Source: Eledone cirrhosa
Lineage: Eukaryota
Reading direction: 5' to 3'
Length of the DNA stretch: 64,000 nucleotides
Assembly (NCBI GenBank): GCA_964016885.1
Contig: OZ024743.1
Span: forward strand, 118,234,001 to 118,298,000
Every line of letters begins with the position of its first letter. Positions within the stretch are counted from its first letter, which is position 1. Made by a program: the position numbers and the translations under genes. The notes below the pieces were generated by a model. It was given only the letters and a program-made list of their open reading frames with translations. It did no database searches and was not told the DNA's origin. This document shows, one piece after another, positions 1-13,180 of the stretch.

Positions 1-309
1 GATATTTTGCGTGCGTTTGTATTTAGCAACTATCTGTATATGTATATTTTAATGTATATTTAGGAACGTGTGAGTATGTGTCTCTAAGCGTGTGTGTATA
101 TATGTGTTTATGTATATGTCCGTATGGCTATGTATGTTTGAGTGTGTGGTTGTGGGTGTCTTTCCGTTTGTAATTTTTTTTAATTCTCTGATTGATAACT
201 CTCTGGAGAAATTGTGTTTAGTTATTAATCTAATTGATGTTTTTATATTATAAAGAGAAGTCTGTTTTTGAAAATATAAAGAAAAATACAACATATAAAC
301 AAATAATTA

Positions 310-444
310 GATTATATATATATATATGTATATATTGTGTCTGTGTTTATGTATATATATATATATATGTATGTATAAATATATATATATAATATAAGTA
401 TACATACATACATATATATATATATGTGTGTGTGTATATATCTC

Positions 445-508
<64 letters not shown>

Positions 509-661
509 GCTAGAGCGATAGATAGATACATACATACATGCATACATACTAATATACGTTCTTTCAGAATCGGGTAGATGGAAAATGTGGTGTGGGAGTA
601 ACATTTATAAACAAGCAAAAAATAATCACTAATACATACATATATATGCATACATACAAAC

Positions 662-752
<91 letters not shown>

Positions 753-860
753 TTACATATATATATACATTTATATATAAACAAATATATATATATACAT
801 ACATATATATATATATATACATTCATATATATATTTATGTATGTATATATATATATAAAT
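310..860. repeat. Compound (TA)n/(CA)n microsatellite field
   Basis: Long TA runs interspersed with CA/TG; ORFs here are YI/IY translations. Confidence 0.95.
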
Positions 861-2809
861 AAATCTACTAAAACAACAACATATCAATGATATTAATGAA
901 ATCCTTCATGTATTCTATTGTAGAAATGGATTGTAAATGTATTAATACACCGGCAGATTACCACCTGATGGCTTTTGTACTAATATTAATTTTACCACGC
1001 ATTGTGATCATATGAATATTTACAACATTAATTTCGCGTTTTAAAATATCTAAGTGTTTCACAATCGACTTAGATATTAGATCGATGAAAATACTCCCCC
1101 AACACGCACACATATGCGCCCGCGTATATATATATATATATATACATACTCACACAGGTACAGAGACCTCATGAAATTGATGAAATTGTTAATTTGAAAT
1201 TCATTAAAAATCATATCAAACATCTGTATTCAGATTAATCCTAATCAGCAGTATCCTTTAATGAGATATTATTAGGCATAGTGAATTTAAATATGTGTGA
1301 TATTGAAGATGTGATATTCATGAGTAAACCCGAAAGCTTTTCTTTGTCACTCTGTCAAAAAGCACGACCGATATTATTTTAGAATTAGTTACGTCGGCAT
1401 AATGCTCGTTCTCTTAAGCCCCTTCATCTTTATTGACATTTTCAGATTCCATCTAACTATCGAACTTCTACCTGTTTGCTCTGCATATGTATATATATGC
1501 TGCGGAATGTTTCTCATATCACTCATATTGAAAATACATTAGATAATGTGGCTCTTGTTGAAATCTTTATAAAAATAAAAAACAATCAGCATAAAACAAA
1601 TTGACGTAAGTGTCACTGATGGCTTGTCTTTGAACATTATTCTTCAGCAGGACTTAGGACAGGCTGCGCAATAAAGAAAAAAACCCATCAGTTTACAATA
1701 TGGCTGCCTGTTTTGTTTGTACTCCACAATCTCAGATATACGTCATCTTGTTCTTGATAATGAATGTCTATATTTTCAATTTTCATTACCTGTCTGGTTT
1801 GTTATACTTCTATTGTACCTTTTAAATTATCAAGAATTGTTTGTGATAGCGTGACAAAAACGGTATTGCAGAAAAATAAAAACATAAGTAATTTCCATTA
1901 CTAGGTGGGTTTAAATTTAACATGGCATTGACTTTCCATATTGAAATACAGTGTTTGACAAATATGTGCACGCTGTAATCGACTCTATCCATTCCTATAA
2001 ACTTGTGGCGATGAGCTTATGTGAAAAAAACAATATTATTATAATTTTTCCACCAGTATTTAATGCACTGCCAGATACCCCAGCCAAATTCTGAGGTGAC
2101 ATCGGCATTTTCCTATGGAAAGGTAGAGATATGTTTTGAATATTGCATTTGTTTTGCATTGTATGATTTGCTTTTTGTTTCTGGTGTCATTTTAGTTGTT
2201 TCCTGTGAAGTGTAGCGTATGAACAGTGTAAATAATCTTACACGTGTTTCTGATGTTATGTATTTTAATGTCGGGTGGTGGTTAGGTAGAGTATATGTTT
2301 TGTAGTTTCCGTTACTTTATTGACTGGGCATTGCGTAGAATGTGAATTAGGCTATTGAATTGAATCGGTCTCAAACTGGATGTGGGTTGTGTGTAGCATT
2401 GTTATATTTTGGATAAAATATATACCAGTAAAATATTTTGTTATGTATAATTATCTTCTTTCCACCACAAATGCATCTAATTTAAAAACTATTATATAAC
2501 AGGTGGGAATTGGCTGAATCGTTCGAGCTAGGGCTAATTGCTTTTCGGAATTTCGGTATTTGTTCCATCTCTTAAGATTCTTAATTGGAAGAGACTATGT
2601 AGCCGGTAAAGAGAGTCAGACACCATGAGTTGCGGCCCGAGTTAAGACAATTGTTAAACAATTATTAAGAAAATTTGAAATATTTTCCACCATCAATTGT
2701 TTAAAAAAAAGTTCAAATCATTTAGTTGTCATTCCTAACGTACATTATACTTTAGTTACATACACACACATCAACACATAAATACATAAACAGATACAGA
2801 CAACGGAAG

Positions 2810-3022
2810 GAATGTGCTGGTGAAATGCTATAGTGATGTGTGTTGTGTCCCTTTAGAGTTTACCGGCTACATAGTCTATTAGAATCCACCGAGACCATCC
2901 TTGCCTTCCATCCTTCCAGTGTAACTAAAATAAAGTACAGGTCAAGTATTGAGGGCGTCGTTCCTCTCGAAAATATTGCTGAACAAGTTTCAAAATTAGA
3001 AACCATTATTATCATTAAAATG
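2810..3022 (+). mobile_element. Old degenerate tRNA-type SINE copy
   Basis: Diverged core ttgccttccatccttccagtgtaactaaaataaagtac and tail attagaaaccattattatc match the younger SINE copies. Confidence 0.65.
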
Positions 3023-3257
3023 AAGGCGGTGGATTGGCAGTATCGGTAGAGGGTCGGACGTCATGCGTTGCAGCATAGAGTTACGGTCCTTTAAGAACTG
3101 AGTTCAAATCCGGCCGAGGGTAACTTTGCCTTTCATCCTTACAGGGTCGATAAAATTAAGTACCAGTTACGCCTTGGGGTCGATTTAATCGACATTACCC
3201 TCCTCCAAAATTGCTGGCCTTCTGCCTATATAAGAAACCATTATTATCATTAAAATG
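3023..3257 (+). mobile_element. tRNA-derived SINE, long subfamily, with 18-bp target-site duplication
   Basis: A-box-like TGGCAGTATCGG, B-box GAGTTCAAATCC, core tttgcctttcatcctt...gtcgataaaattaagtaccag; attattatcattaaaatg on both sides (3005-3022, 3240-3257). Confidence 0.9.
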
Positions 3258-3719
3258 TTTAACACAATGTAGTTTTTAAGGTAGAAATATAGGATGAAAA
3301 AAGCCTGCTATATATGTATCTCTAACAAGCTCTATTTTTACAACAAATCCATTCATTGGTAAGTACTATAGTGAAAGTGTGAACCAGTAATACATTAGAC
3401 AAGAATGTTTCCGTATTATAGATGTCTCACAATACAGGTGTAATAAGAAGATATGAAAACTTCCAGCGGATGCTCTTGCGATTCATAATATTCTTACCAA
3501 CGAACACCAGTATTTTTTCCCTGACGAGTCAATATCCCGAGACGTTTCACGTTTGAAATTTCTTTTAATCTAACTCTACTCTTACCACACACAGAAGTCA
3601 ATTCTCTCTATTCTCTTTTCTATTTTCCCCTTTGTTTGTGCGTATCATCTCAATGACACACACCCTATCTTAAACACACATTGACACGTACGAAATTCAT
3701 GGACATATAAACAAATAAA

Positions 3720-3809
3720 TATAAATAGATATTTGCGTATATGTGTGTCTATGGATATATATGCATGTATGTATTACACACACACACATACACATACACA
3801 CACACACAC

Positions 3810-3880
<71 letters not shown>

Positions 3881-3951
3881 CATATATCTACACACACACT
3901 CACACACACATATTAATTTATATATATATATATATATACACATAGATATGC

Positions 3952-3982
<31 letters not shown>

Positions 3983-4004
3983 TATATACATATATATATA
4001 CACG

Positions 4005-4052
<48 letters not shown>

Positions 4053-4068
4053 CATATATATATACACG

Positions 4069-4148
<80 letters not shown>

Positions 4149-4667
4149 TATATATATATATATGGCCAGGGTGGGGCAATGTGTCTTACTTGTTATTGTT
4201 TATTTTTATTTTTCATCAGTATTTCATTGGATTGTTTTATGAATTATATATTTCTGTCGAAGATACGTTATTTTTACACCCATCTTCTGTACAAACTGTC
4301 ATTTTTAGGTTTTATGAATATGTGGCCTTACAGTTTGCAGCGAACACTATTTATATATGTTATTTATGAATGTTTGGCCTTTTTTATCTCTTTTTCTCTC
4401 TCCTGCCAGGCAACGAAGGAAGGGAAATAGATCCAATACTTTTTGAAGTCGTGTCTCACGGCCGAATGCATCTTCTTAATGCCAATCATTCTATCTTGAA
4501 CTGTACAACACATTCACGTGCGCACATTCACATACACATACATACACGCCCACAGACACACACATACACACATATATACACATATATATATATGTATATA
4601 TGTATATATGTGTTTCTGAGTGTGTGTGTGTGTGTATATACGTTATATCTATGTGTATATATATATG

Positions 4668-4700
<33 letters not shown>

Positions 4701-4702
4701 GT

Positions 4703-4755
<53 letters not shown>

Positions 4756-4974
4756 TGAGTTTGCATGTATTGTGTCTGTGCCTATGTGTTTCTGTGTTGG
4801 AATGTGTTTATGTATGTGTGTGTGTTAGTGTACATCCATATATATATATATATATTTATACATACACATATACATACAGAGATACACAAACACACACATA
4901 TATATATATACATATATGTATACATACGTATGCAACATGCACACGTACGCACAAATACATGCGTATATGTATCA

Positions 4975-5025
<51 letters not shown>

Positions 5026-5043
5026 CAAATATATATACATATA

Positions 5044-5106
<63 letters not shown>

Positions 5107-5167
5107 TGTATATATATATACTGTATATATATGTGTGTGTGTGTATATACAAATATATATACATATA

Positions 5168-5228
<61 letters not shown>

Positions 5229-5330
5229 TGCATATATATATATATATATGTGTGTGTGTGTATGCGTATATACATATGCGTGTGTGTATATATATATGTA
5301 TATGTATATATATATTAATGTGTGTGTGTT
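3720..5330. repeat. Compound (TA)n/(CA)n/(TG)n microsatellite field
   Basis: Seen directly; includes an imperfect direct repeat ttgagtttgcatgtattgtgtctg...ttagtgtacatcca near 4755 and 5330. Confidence 0.9.
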
Positions 5331-5953
5331 TGAGTTTGCATGTATTGTGTCTGCGCCTATGTGTTTATGTCTATGTGTGTCTTAGTGTACATCCAGATAT
5401 ATGGATACCAAAAATGAAACACTTGTAATAATTTGTCATATTCTTACTCACTATACACAGCATCTTGCAATATTTTATACCATGTGTGGAATATTGGTAA
5501 AAATCGATAAATATATGATTACTATGTACTAAACAGAACAGAATCATATTTACGTAGAAAAGGTTTAAGCTTTGTCCGTAAACGAAATATACTATTTGTA
5601 TCGTAAAAATATTTATAAATGAAATTTAGCTTCCTTTCCTTGAATATTTCATCAAAACTATATAGAGCTTATTTCAGTTTTTCTTCGCAATATCATAGTT
5701 TTATTTACAAACATTATTTGATTAGGGTTGTTTGTGTTCTGTTGTTCTTGTTATTATTGTGATTATTTTGTTTAGCCCTGAACTCAAATTTAGATTACAT
5801 AGGACGGTATTTCGTTGATTGTTTAGCAAGTTCAACGATCTTTTAAAGTTTCCCCTGTTTATTTGTATTTATTTCAAGGGGAAGTGAGTCTGATAAAAAC
5901 TGTAAAGCATTAGATTATAGACGGGACACTATTTATTATTTTCTATCAGTAGT

Positions 5954-6165
5954 GTGGTGGATTGGCAGTATCGGTAGAGTCGGACAACATGCTTTGCCAC
6001 TAAGAGTTACGGTCCTTTACGGTCTTATTTCAAATGCTGCCGCGATTAACTTTGCCTTTCATCCTTACGGGGTCGATAAAATAAAGCACGTACTGGGGTC
6101 GATTTAATCGACTTTCCCCTCACCCCAAATTACTGGCCTTGTGCCTATACTAGAAATCATTATTT
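5954..6165 (+). mobile_element. tRNA-derived SINE, long subfamily
   Basis: Same head, core and tail as 3023; degenerate TSD attattttctatcagtagt / attattttccatctgtatt. Confidence 0.88.
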
Positions 6166-6299
6166 TCCATCTGTATTTGAAAAGTCGAGTGAAATACGAA
6201 CTTCCTACACAGTCACTAATCCACCAACAAAATCTACTTCAATCACACGTTTCAATTAAAAAAAAACATAACATTGGACAATGCCATCCTCTAATTGAG

Positions 6300-6380
6300 A
6301 AAAGACTGTATGGTCTCCGTTGGATTGTCTTTGATCATAGATAGGCCTGCTCGATCAAGTCTGACTTGAGGCTAAACAAC
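6300..6380 (-). repeat. Second short interspersed repeat family, partial copy
   Basis: Minus-strand gatcgagcaggcctatctatgatcaaagacaatccaacggagacc resembles 61303-61345 (gattgagcagaatctatgatcaaatgcgttccagtggtgact) and 50828-50880. Confidence 0.45.
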
Positions 6381-7867
6381 TCTTTCACGATTTAATTATA
6401 TTGTAATCTTAGAATACTATAAAAGGGTTAATCTTACGTTCAAACATTACACAGGTTAACTTTACCTGTCATACATTCGAGATCGATAAATATCACATCA
6501 TTTCAAGCTGTAGGTAGACCACAAAGTCTTGATCAAACATGTATCATCCACATCGTCTCGTACGCGTCACCTATTCCTTTAATTAGCACAGATTTTAAAA
6601 CTTCCTCTTTTAGAATTATCATTAAATCAACTTAGCTAGGTTTAATTCATCGAAATACCACAAAGGCCACAGTGAATATGGAAGCCTCTTTGCATGTGAC
6701 ATCCATGCTTTTGATTGATGGGATGATTCTTTATTTTAAACTTTTTCTTTTTTTCCCCGACAGATTTCCACTTCAACTCGAATCACTGTGAATGGTGGTA
6801 CCGCCCTCTTTCTTCTTCTGGTAATAATTACTCCAGGTTGCTATCAGGGGTATATCAACTAGACCATCTTCCTGTCTGATTAAAGGACGAGGGATATGCT
6901 TGTAGTCCGCAGAATTTAGAAGACATTGACGTCAATACGTGCACCATAAGTACACGTCTTGTAGCGTTTCACCTTCAATTTACCACATGCTAGCTCTCTG
7001 TGTTACAAATGTTACGTCACAATCAATATCATTCGTCACGGCACATGCATTTTCCCCGTTATTCTAGAGTACGTGTCTGTGGACATTTATGTGGGACTAA
7101 CTCTGCCTGCCTCCTGACTTCATCCTGGGTCTTAAAGATGAGCCCCATGCTTTTATATGTTCAGCACTGAGAGATGGAGAAAACAACCTGCCAGAATCAA
7201 GGTCTGGCGTCCTTCAAGCTTATGGAAACTTAATTGTTATTTATTTTTAGAAAAATATGTATGTCCGCTTATCCTCACTTCCATCAGATAAAGGCACTCT
7301 CTCTCTCGACAAATCTCATCTCCGCTTGTCACATTCATCAAGAATTGACCGATGTCCTTATTTTTTTGACATACAATGAATTGCCGGTGCTTTTGTTAAT
7401 GTCATATGAGTTAGCATTTTTATTTGTCAAATTTGTTGTAAATGTCAACGATTATAACTGCGTTTGTTTGACTAATTTCCATTTTATCGGGGTATTTAAT
7501 TTTTTAGGCCACTCAAAGTTTAAAAGCACGAAAATGTATTTTCCTGCTTTTAAATGTTTGGGTGGTGTATTCCTTAGTACAGCATTTTTGGCTAGCAGTT
7601 CATAGGGCTACTGTAGTTTGCGCCATTTTGAATCACTTCAAAAAGAAAGCAAAATGAAGGTTTGCAAAAAATATTTATACAATAAAGAACGCCTCAAAAC
7701 GAATTTTCTTTCCTTCTTCGTTGTAATGGGTTAAACTTTTAAATGTTCCAATGCCCTTTGTTAGAAAAAGGAATAAAAACTTCTTTCAAGACAATGCTGG
7801 AAAATGCATTTTCCAAGTGAAGCCCTGTAGAAAGCATGCATAGCAACAAAACCTTGATGGAGAGGAT

Positions 7868-7953
7868 GAAGAAGAAGAAGAAGAAGAAGAAGAAGAAGAA
7901 GAAGAAGAAGAAGAAGAAGAAGAAGAAGAAGAAGAAGAAGAAGAAGAAGAAGA
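7868..7953. repeat. (GAA)n microsatellite
   Basis: Perfect GAA run. Confidence 0.98.
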
Positions 7954-9042
7954 ATCAACAAAATCAATAATAATTGAAGAATATAAATATAAATGTATGA
8001 TTGGGAATGATTTCAGTGATGTAATATTCGGTTGATCTTATGCAAGAAACAAAAATTTAAAATAATAATAAAATTACAAATAGCGTAAAGAAATACATAT
8101 TATGAAAGAGCTGAAACCGAAAATTAGCCGCCTTGTTTTGCACAAATGCTTTAACATTCATCAACTATAGTTAACTCTTTCTTCCCTAAGTTACACCCAC
8201 TTGGGCCTTCCATTACATTTGCAGCTTGATCTCATTCAAAGCGATTGTTGTTACCCTATTATTAGTTTATTTATATTATTATCTTTTCATTTAAATGAAC
8301 GAACTTCGAATAACAGGCATCTTTGATAGTCGATCCATGGATTGAGAATCCCATTATGTCAACTTCCCTCCTTCTTCTCTCAATATAACCACCTTTATTT
8401 CACTTTGGTTTTCCATAAAATACATCAGAGATTCTTCCAACAAACATTTATTTGAATCGAACGTCTTTATTCAATAAATTTGTCTGTGTTTTTATCTTGT
8501 TATTTTTTTCCATTGTATGTGTTTCGCTCACTTTCTAATTTGTTATTGTTGTTAACATTTGCTTTTGATTTTCTTTCCTGATATTTCGTCCAAGAATGCA
8601 TGTTTACTTTAAAATGATTTCTTTCTTCTCAAAGACGTCTCTCTCTCTGCATTTGTTCCCAAACGCTATAAATGTTGACATTCCACTGCTTCCGTCTTTT
8701 TTCGGAGGAGAAGGAGGTGTGATCTCTCATTGTTTTTGCCTCAGCAGCCAAACATAACAGAGCACTAAAAAGGTTTTTAGATGTAATCACTAGCGGAAGT
8801 TAGTGATGATGTGAACAATAACTTTCACATAGCGCATTGTCTTTAGTGGCTTCTCCGCCTCTTTCATGGACCCTAAAAGTAAGAGATTTAAATATCTCTC
8901 CCTCTATCAATTCGCCTCTTCATACGACATGCAGCTTTTCTTCAATGCAGTTTATAGTCTGTCAATGTTTTTACATTGCTTCTCTTCAATCAGTGGCACG
9001 TTTCATGAAATATACACGCTCATAAAATCACTTAATTCCACT

Positions 9043-9260
<218 letters not shown>

Positions 9261-9369
9261 CGCACAAGCATGGGCATATGCATCTATGTGTGTGTGCTGC
9301 TCACGTTGGGCTCTACTGCAATGACTCAAAAATTAAATTCATCTCAACAGAATCTCATGTGAGCATAGT

Positions 9370-9870
9370 CAAAGCAAACAGGAAATTTTAAAGTAAGTAC
9401 AATCCTTTATAATATACTGAGAAAAGGACTTCCAAATATGTACAGCCCCGACCTAGAATGCATTTCATTAGTTGGATCAAATTTGAAAATCCAACGTACC
9501 AAACAAACTTAAAATCAGCCTGTTTAGAATAACAGTAGAGACTACCCTTCTATATGGTTCTGAGGCTTGGACATTGCACTCCCATCTACGGAGATGTTTA
9601 TTTTGATGTTACACAGCTCTCAGAAGATTCTCAAATGTAAGTGCACAACTGACTGAACGTTGTACTAGGTTTGTTGGTGACTGCTTCAACACAAAGGATG
9701 AGATAGTTTTAGACCTCTTGATGTGGGAGACCTCAACCAGAAATCCAAATACCATCATACATCAGCAAAAGACTCTGCAATTGATAAGGAATACCTACAC
9801 ACTTTGATGGGAAATAGAGACTGTTGGCGAGAATTTGTGCTTGCTGATTCGCCTAATGGTGATGGAGAGA
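9370..9870 (+). pseudogene. Degraded RTE-like LINE 3' fragment
   Basis: About 9520-9577 translates to LFRITVETTLLYGSEAWTL (LINE RT C-terminal motif), followed by NRDCWREFV typical of RTE-like C-termini. Confidence 0.7.
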
Positions 9871-10199
9871 ATATGATGTGTGTATGTATGTATATGTGTG
9901 GATGTGCGTGGTGTTGGTAGGTGTGTAGATATGGCAATTCAAAAAGACGGCTAACACGTTTACAGAAACATCTAACATTAAGGATTACAAGATTGCAAAT
10001 CTTATTTATATTGTACTACTGAAATCTGTACAACCCCCTCCCTTCAAATTAATATATTTGCTTTTGATTTCTTAGTTTGAATAGACATCGGTTGTTGCTT
10101 CTTGTTGTTCTTGTTTAACATCAAGTTGATTATGATTTAAAAATAGATAATTATTGAACAATTTTAGGGGTGCGGTGGAAAATATGTTGTAACTATGAT

Positions 10200-10920
10200 T
10201 AATTATACTCATGTTTTGAACACTGCCACTTTAAACGAGAATTCATCTGACATTTATAGATATATATGATACATGGATCAGAGAAATTTATCCCACGATG
10301 TGGCATTTGTAGAACGAGTACTTGTATTCGGGATGATTGACTGAACAACAGTGAAAATCTGTCCATTGTTATCAACTCCAGCAAGATACTGATATCAAAA
10401 GAAAGCTTTCACAGAGATGATATAATTAAACACCATTTCAGGAGAAACAACGGTGGGAGGGGCATTAGATCAGTTCAAGCTCGGAATGTTGTATAGGATC
10501 ACATAGAAAGCAAAATAAAAAAAAGATAAATAAAATACAACGAAAGGAAAGAATTGAGAGGTGCAATATTCTACCAAATGGGAGTGAAATTCCAGGAAGC
10601 ATATTCTTCCAGAAGATGTTAGGGACAACAACAGACATTATGAGATGAATGTACTGAACAAATATCTTAGAAGAACCATTGCATATCATCAAATAGTTAC
10701 TTAACTAATGTTTACTGGAAAATTATTCTAATGTTGACAGCACGTGTAACATTTCTAGTTCTTGTGACCGTTAGATCAGGTCATATTCCCAAGGTTTTGA
10801 TTTCGCAAGAGATATCTATTAAATAGCACGCGAACAAAAGAGATTGTGAATCGCTGAAACCATGAAGTGTCGATCCAACATGTCGGATATGTAACACGCC
10901 TGTGAAACATTTTATTTAAT
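10200..10920 (+). pseudogene. Highly degraded R4/Dong-like LINE fragment
   Basis: KILISKESFH..FRRNNGGRGI parallels RKLLTIYNMFH..LRRSEGGRGL of the intact element; DPTCRICN zinc-finger remnant near 10870-10895. Confidence 0.55.
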
Positions 10921-11387
10921 TTGGAAAGGAAAATAACTTTATTGCTGAACTACTTCGAAATAACTTCAGTCCTCAGCTTTACGTTTGCATACATAACCAT
11001 TGGAAAACTCGGCTATTAAAGTAATAATCTAGAAAAGATGGGTGATTGAAAGACACCATATACGTATTCTATGAAACCTGTAAGCCGAACGATGGATATA
11101 TGCAACATGTATGTTTACACATAATTTAATATGAATGCCGTTACTTGTAAATTCCATGGATGGTGTTTTGTTTATTAGATGTCTTTCCTTTGAAAGAGAA
11201 ATTTATCTCCTTGCTCTTTCTATATATACATCTCACTATCTATTTATACGTATATATATATATATAATACAGAATTAGAAATAGAAGCCAGGGTTATCCA
11301 TCATCAGTGGTATTTCTCCGCATTACAGACCACATACCTGCGGCTAGGGCAATACAATAACTAAATTAAGTTATTGGGATAAAAAGA

Positions 11388-11972
11388 GTTTGTTTACAAA
11401 CAAACCGAGCATTATAATAAATGTTCGGTAAACCCATACGTGCATATATATATATGTGTGTGCATGTATATACATCTTTATACATATATGTATGTACGTA
11501 TACATACTTATATTTAAGTATCAGCCGTACTAAGAGTGAGAAATGAAATTTCATTTTGTTCCATTTCTCGTTTTTGGTACCCGGTCGATTAACTCACTTC
11601 ATATGCAAATTAGGCTGCTCAACTATTAATATGCATAAGGAAAGTATATACTTTCAAAAGTTCAATCGACTGACAGGAAGGTATACGGTGCTGATGACAG
11701 CTAATAAGCTAGAAACTAGTTCATTGTTCCTTTGTCAGTGTTGAACAAAAAAGCAACGATGGTTGCCGAACACTGTACGGCTAATAATTCGGGCTGTTTG
11801 TTTACAAACAAACTGAGCATTATAATAAATGTTCGGTAAACCCATACATATATATATATGTGCATGTATGTATATATATACATACTACTGTACGTCTGTA
11901 TACATATATGTATGTACATATACATACTTATATTTAAGTATCAGTGATGAATGAAATTTCATTTTTTTCCAT
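11388..11972 (+). mobile_element. Non-coding element with about 170-bp terminal direct repeats (period 408 bp) carrying an HHR motif
   Basis: gtttgtttacaaacaaa...atttaagtatcag...atgaaatttcatttt at 11388 and 11796; ends in ttccat followed by (TA)n. Confidence 0.6.
11686..11726 (+). ncRNA. Minimal type I hammerhead ribozyme motif
   Basis: cggtg-CTGATGA-c agct aata agct a-GAAA-CTAG-TT-cattg; stem I with two G.U pairs, palindromic stem III ACTAGT, C.A mismatch closing stem II. Confidence 0.65.
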
Positions 11973-11987
11973 ATATATATATGTGTG

Positions 11988-12070
11988 TGAGAGAGAGAGA
12001 GAGATAGATAGAGAGAGAGAGAGAGGGGGAGAGAGAGAGAGATAACGAGTGAGAGAGAGGGAAAGAGAGA
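11988..12070. repeat. (GA)n microsatellite
   Basis: Imperfect GA run. Confidence 0.9.
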
Positions 12071-12523
12071 CTGGGGAGATAACGAAATATTATTAAACTC
12101 TACTTCAATATTGAGTATTTATTCTCGCGCCCGTCATCATCACACGTATAACACTGAATATCGCACTCCCATATGTGCTGATACCCATCGATTCCCGTTC
12201 AGTGGGTTTATATGCTCCGTTATTAAGATTACTTTATGTAGCCAAATGATACGGCGAAGCCTTCTATTTCTATTTCAATTCTCAAACGTTGGTCGCCGCT
12301 TCCTAAACATACTTCCATATTACGTGATTGAATATGTTATGCTTGCATGTTTTATTTAGTTTTAATTGTGGTTCACGTTCGAGTGTATTTGATATTATGT
12401 TTATTTTATATTAATAAGGACACTGAGATTTATTCCATTTGTGTCGCCTTTTTGGTTATATTTTCTGATATCATATTTATATTTTTCTCTCATGGATTCA
12501 TTTTGCTTATTTCTTAATAAATT

Positions 12524-12752
12524 TTAATGTAACAGTTATAGAGTTTTTAAAATAGAATCAATAGAGAGGGTATGAGTAAGAAAAACATTGCTTTCATATA
12601 ACAGTTATAGAGTTTTTAAAATAGAATCAATAGAGAAGGTATGAGTAAGAAAAACATTGCTTTAATGTAACAGTTATAGAGTTTCTAAAACTCTATAACT
12701 GTTACATTAAAGCAATGTTTTTCTTACTCATACCTTCTCTATTGATTCTATT
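12524..12752. repeat. 69-bp tandem repeat merging into a 65-bp-arm palindrome
   Basis: aacagttatagagttt at 12531, 12600, 12669; inverted arms 12620-12684 and 12688-12752. Confidence 0.9.
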
Positions 12753-12869
12753 ACGTTTTCGCATGTTCTCATTATTAGGGTATAAATGTTGAGTTTTGTC
12801 ATAAGTTAATTACTACCTTGATTAAATCTTAACGATTTAACATCTCAGGGTATGTCATGTATCATTTTA

Positions 12870-12920
12870 TTTTATCTGATGAGGACGTACTGTTGTACCT
12901 CTGAATTATGTATAATAAAA
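12870..12920 (+). ncRNA. Degenerate minimal hammerhead ribozyme motif (Penelope-type)
   Basis: ttttat-CTGATGA-ggacgtactgttgtacctct-GAAt-TATGTA-TA-ataaaa; one core substitution (GAAA>GAAT). Confidence 0.55.
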
Positions 12921-13059
12921 TTTAATTGATCACAAGAACATCTATTTTATTAATATTTGTATATTAATATTAATAATTCTGGAAAAATTTAACTGTAGAG
13001 TGCTTCCAATCTACTGTAAAACTCATTATTTGATGTACTCATTGAATCTTGTTTAACTC

Positions 13060-13180
<121 letters not shown>

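Noticed and set aside
3023-3120. tRNA gene
   Set aside because: A/B boxes are present but spacing is extended, no cloverleaf is evident, and it continues into a SINE body and tail in many copies.
3515-3560. HHR-like CTGACGA...GAGAC (also 17028-17070)
   Set aside because: GAAA is replaced by GAGA and stems are weak; possibly dead Penelope-type remnants but not supportable individually.
307-5428. Many 60-230 aa ORFs rich in YI/HT/CV
   Set aside because: Translations of dinucleotide microsatellites that lack stops; no coding signal.
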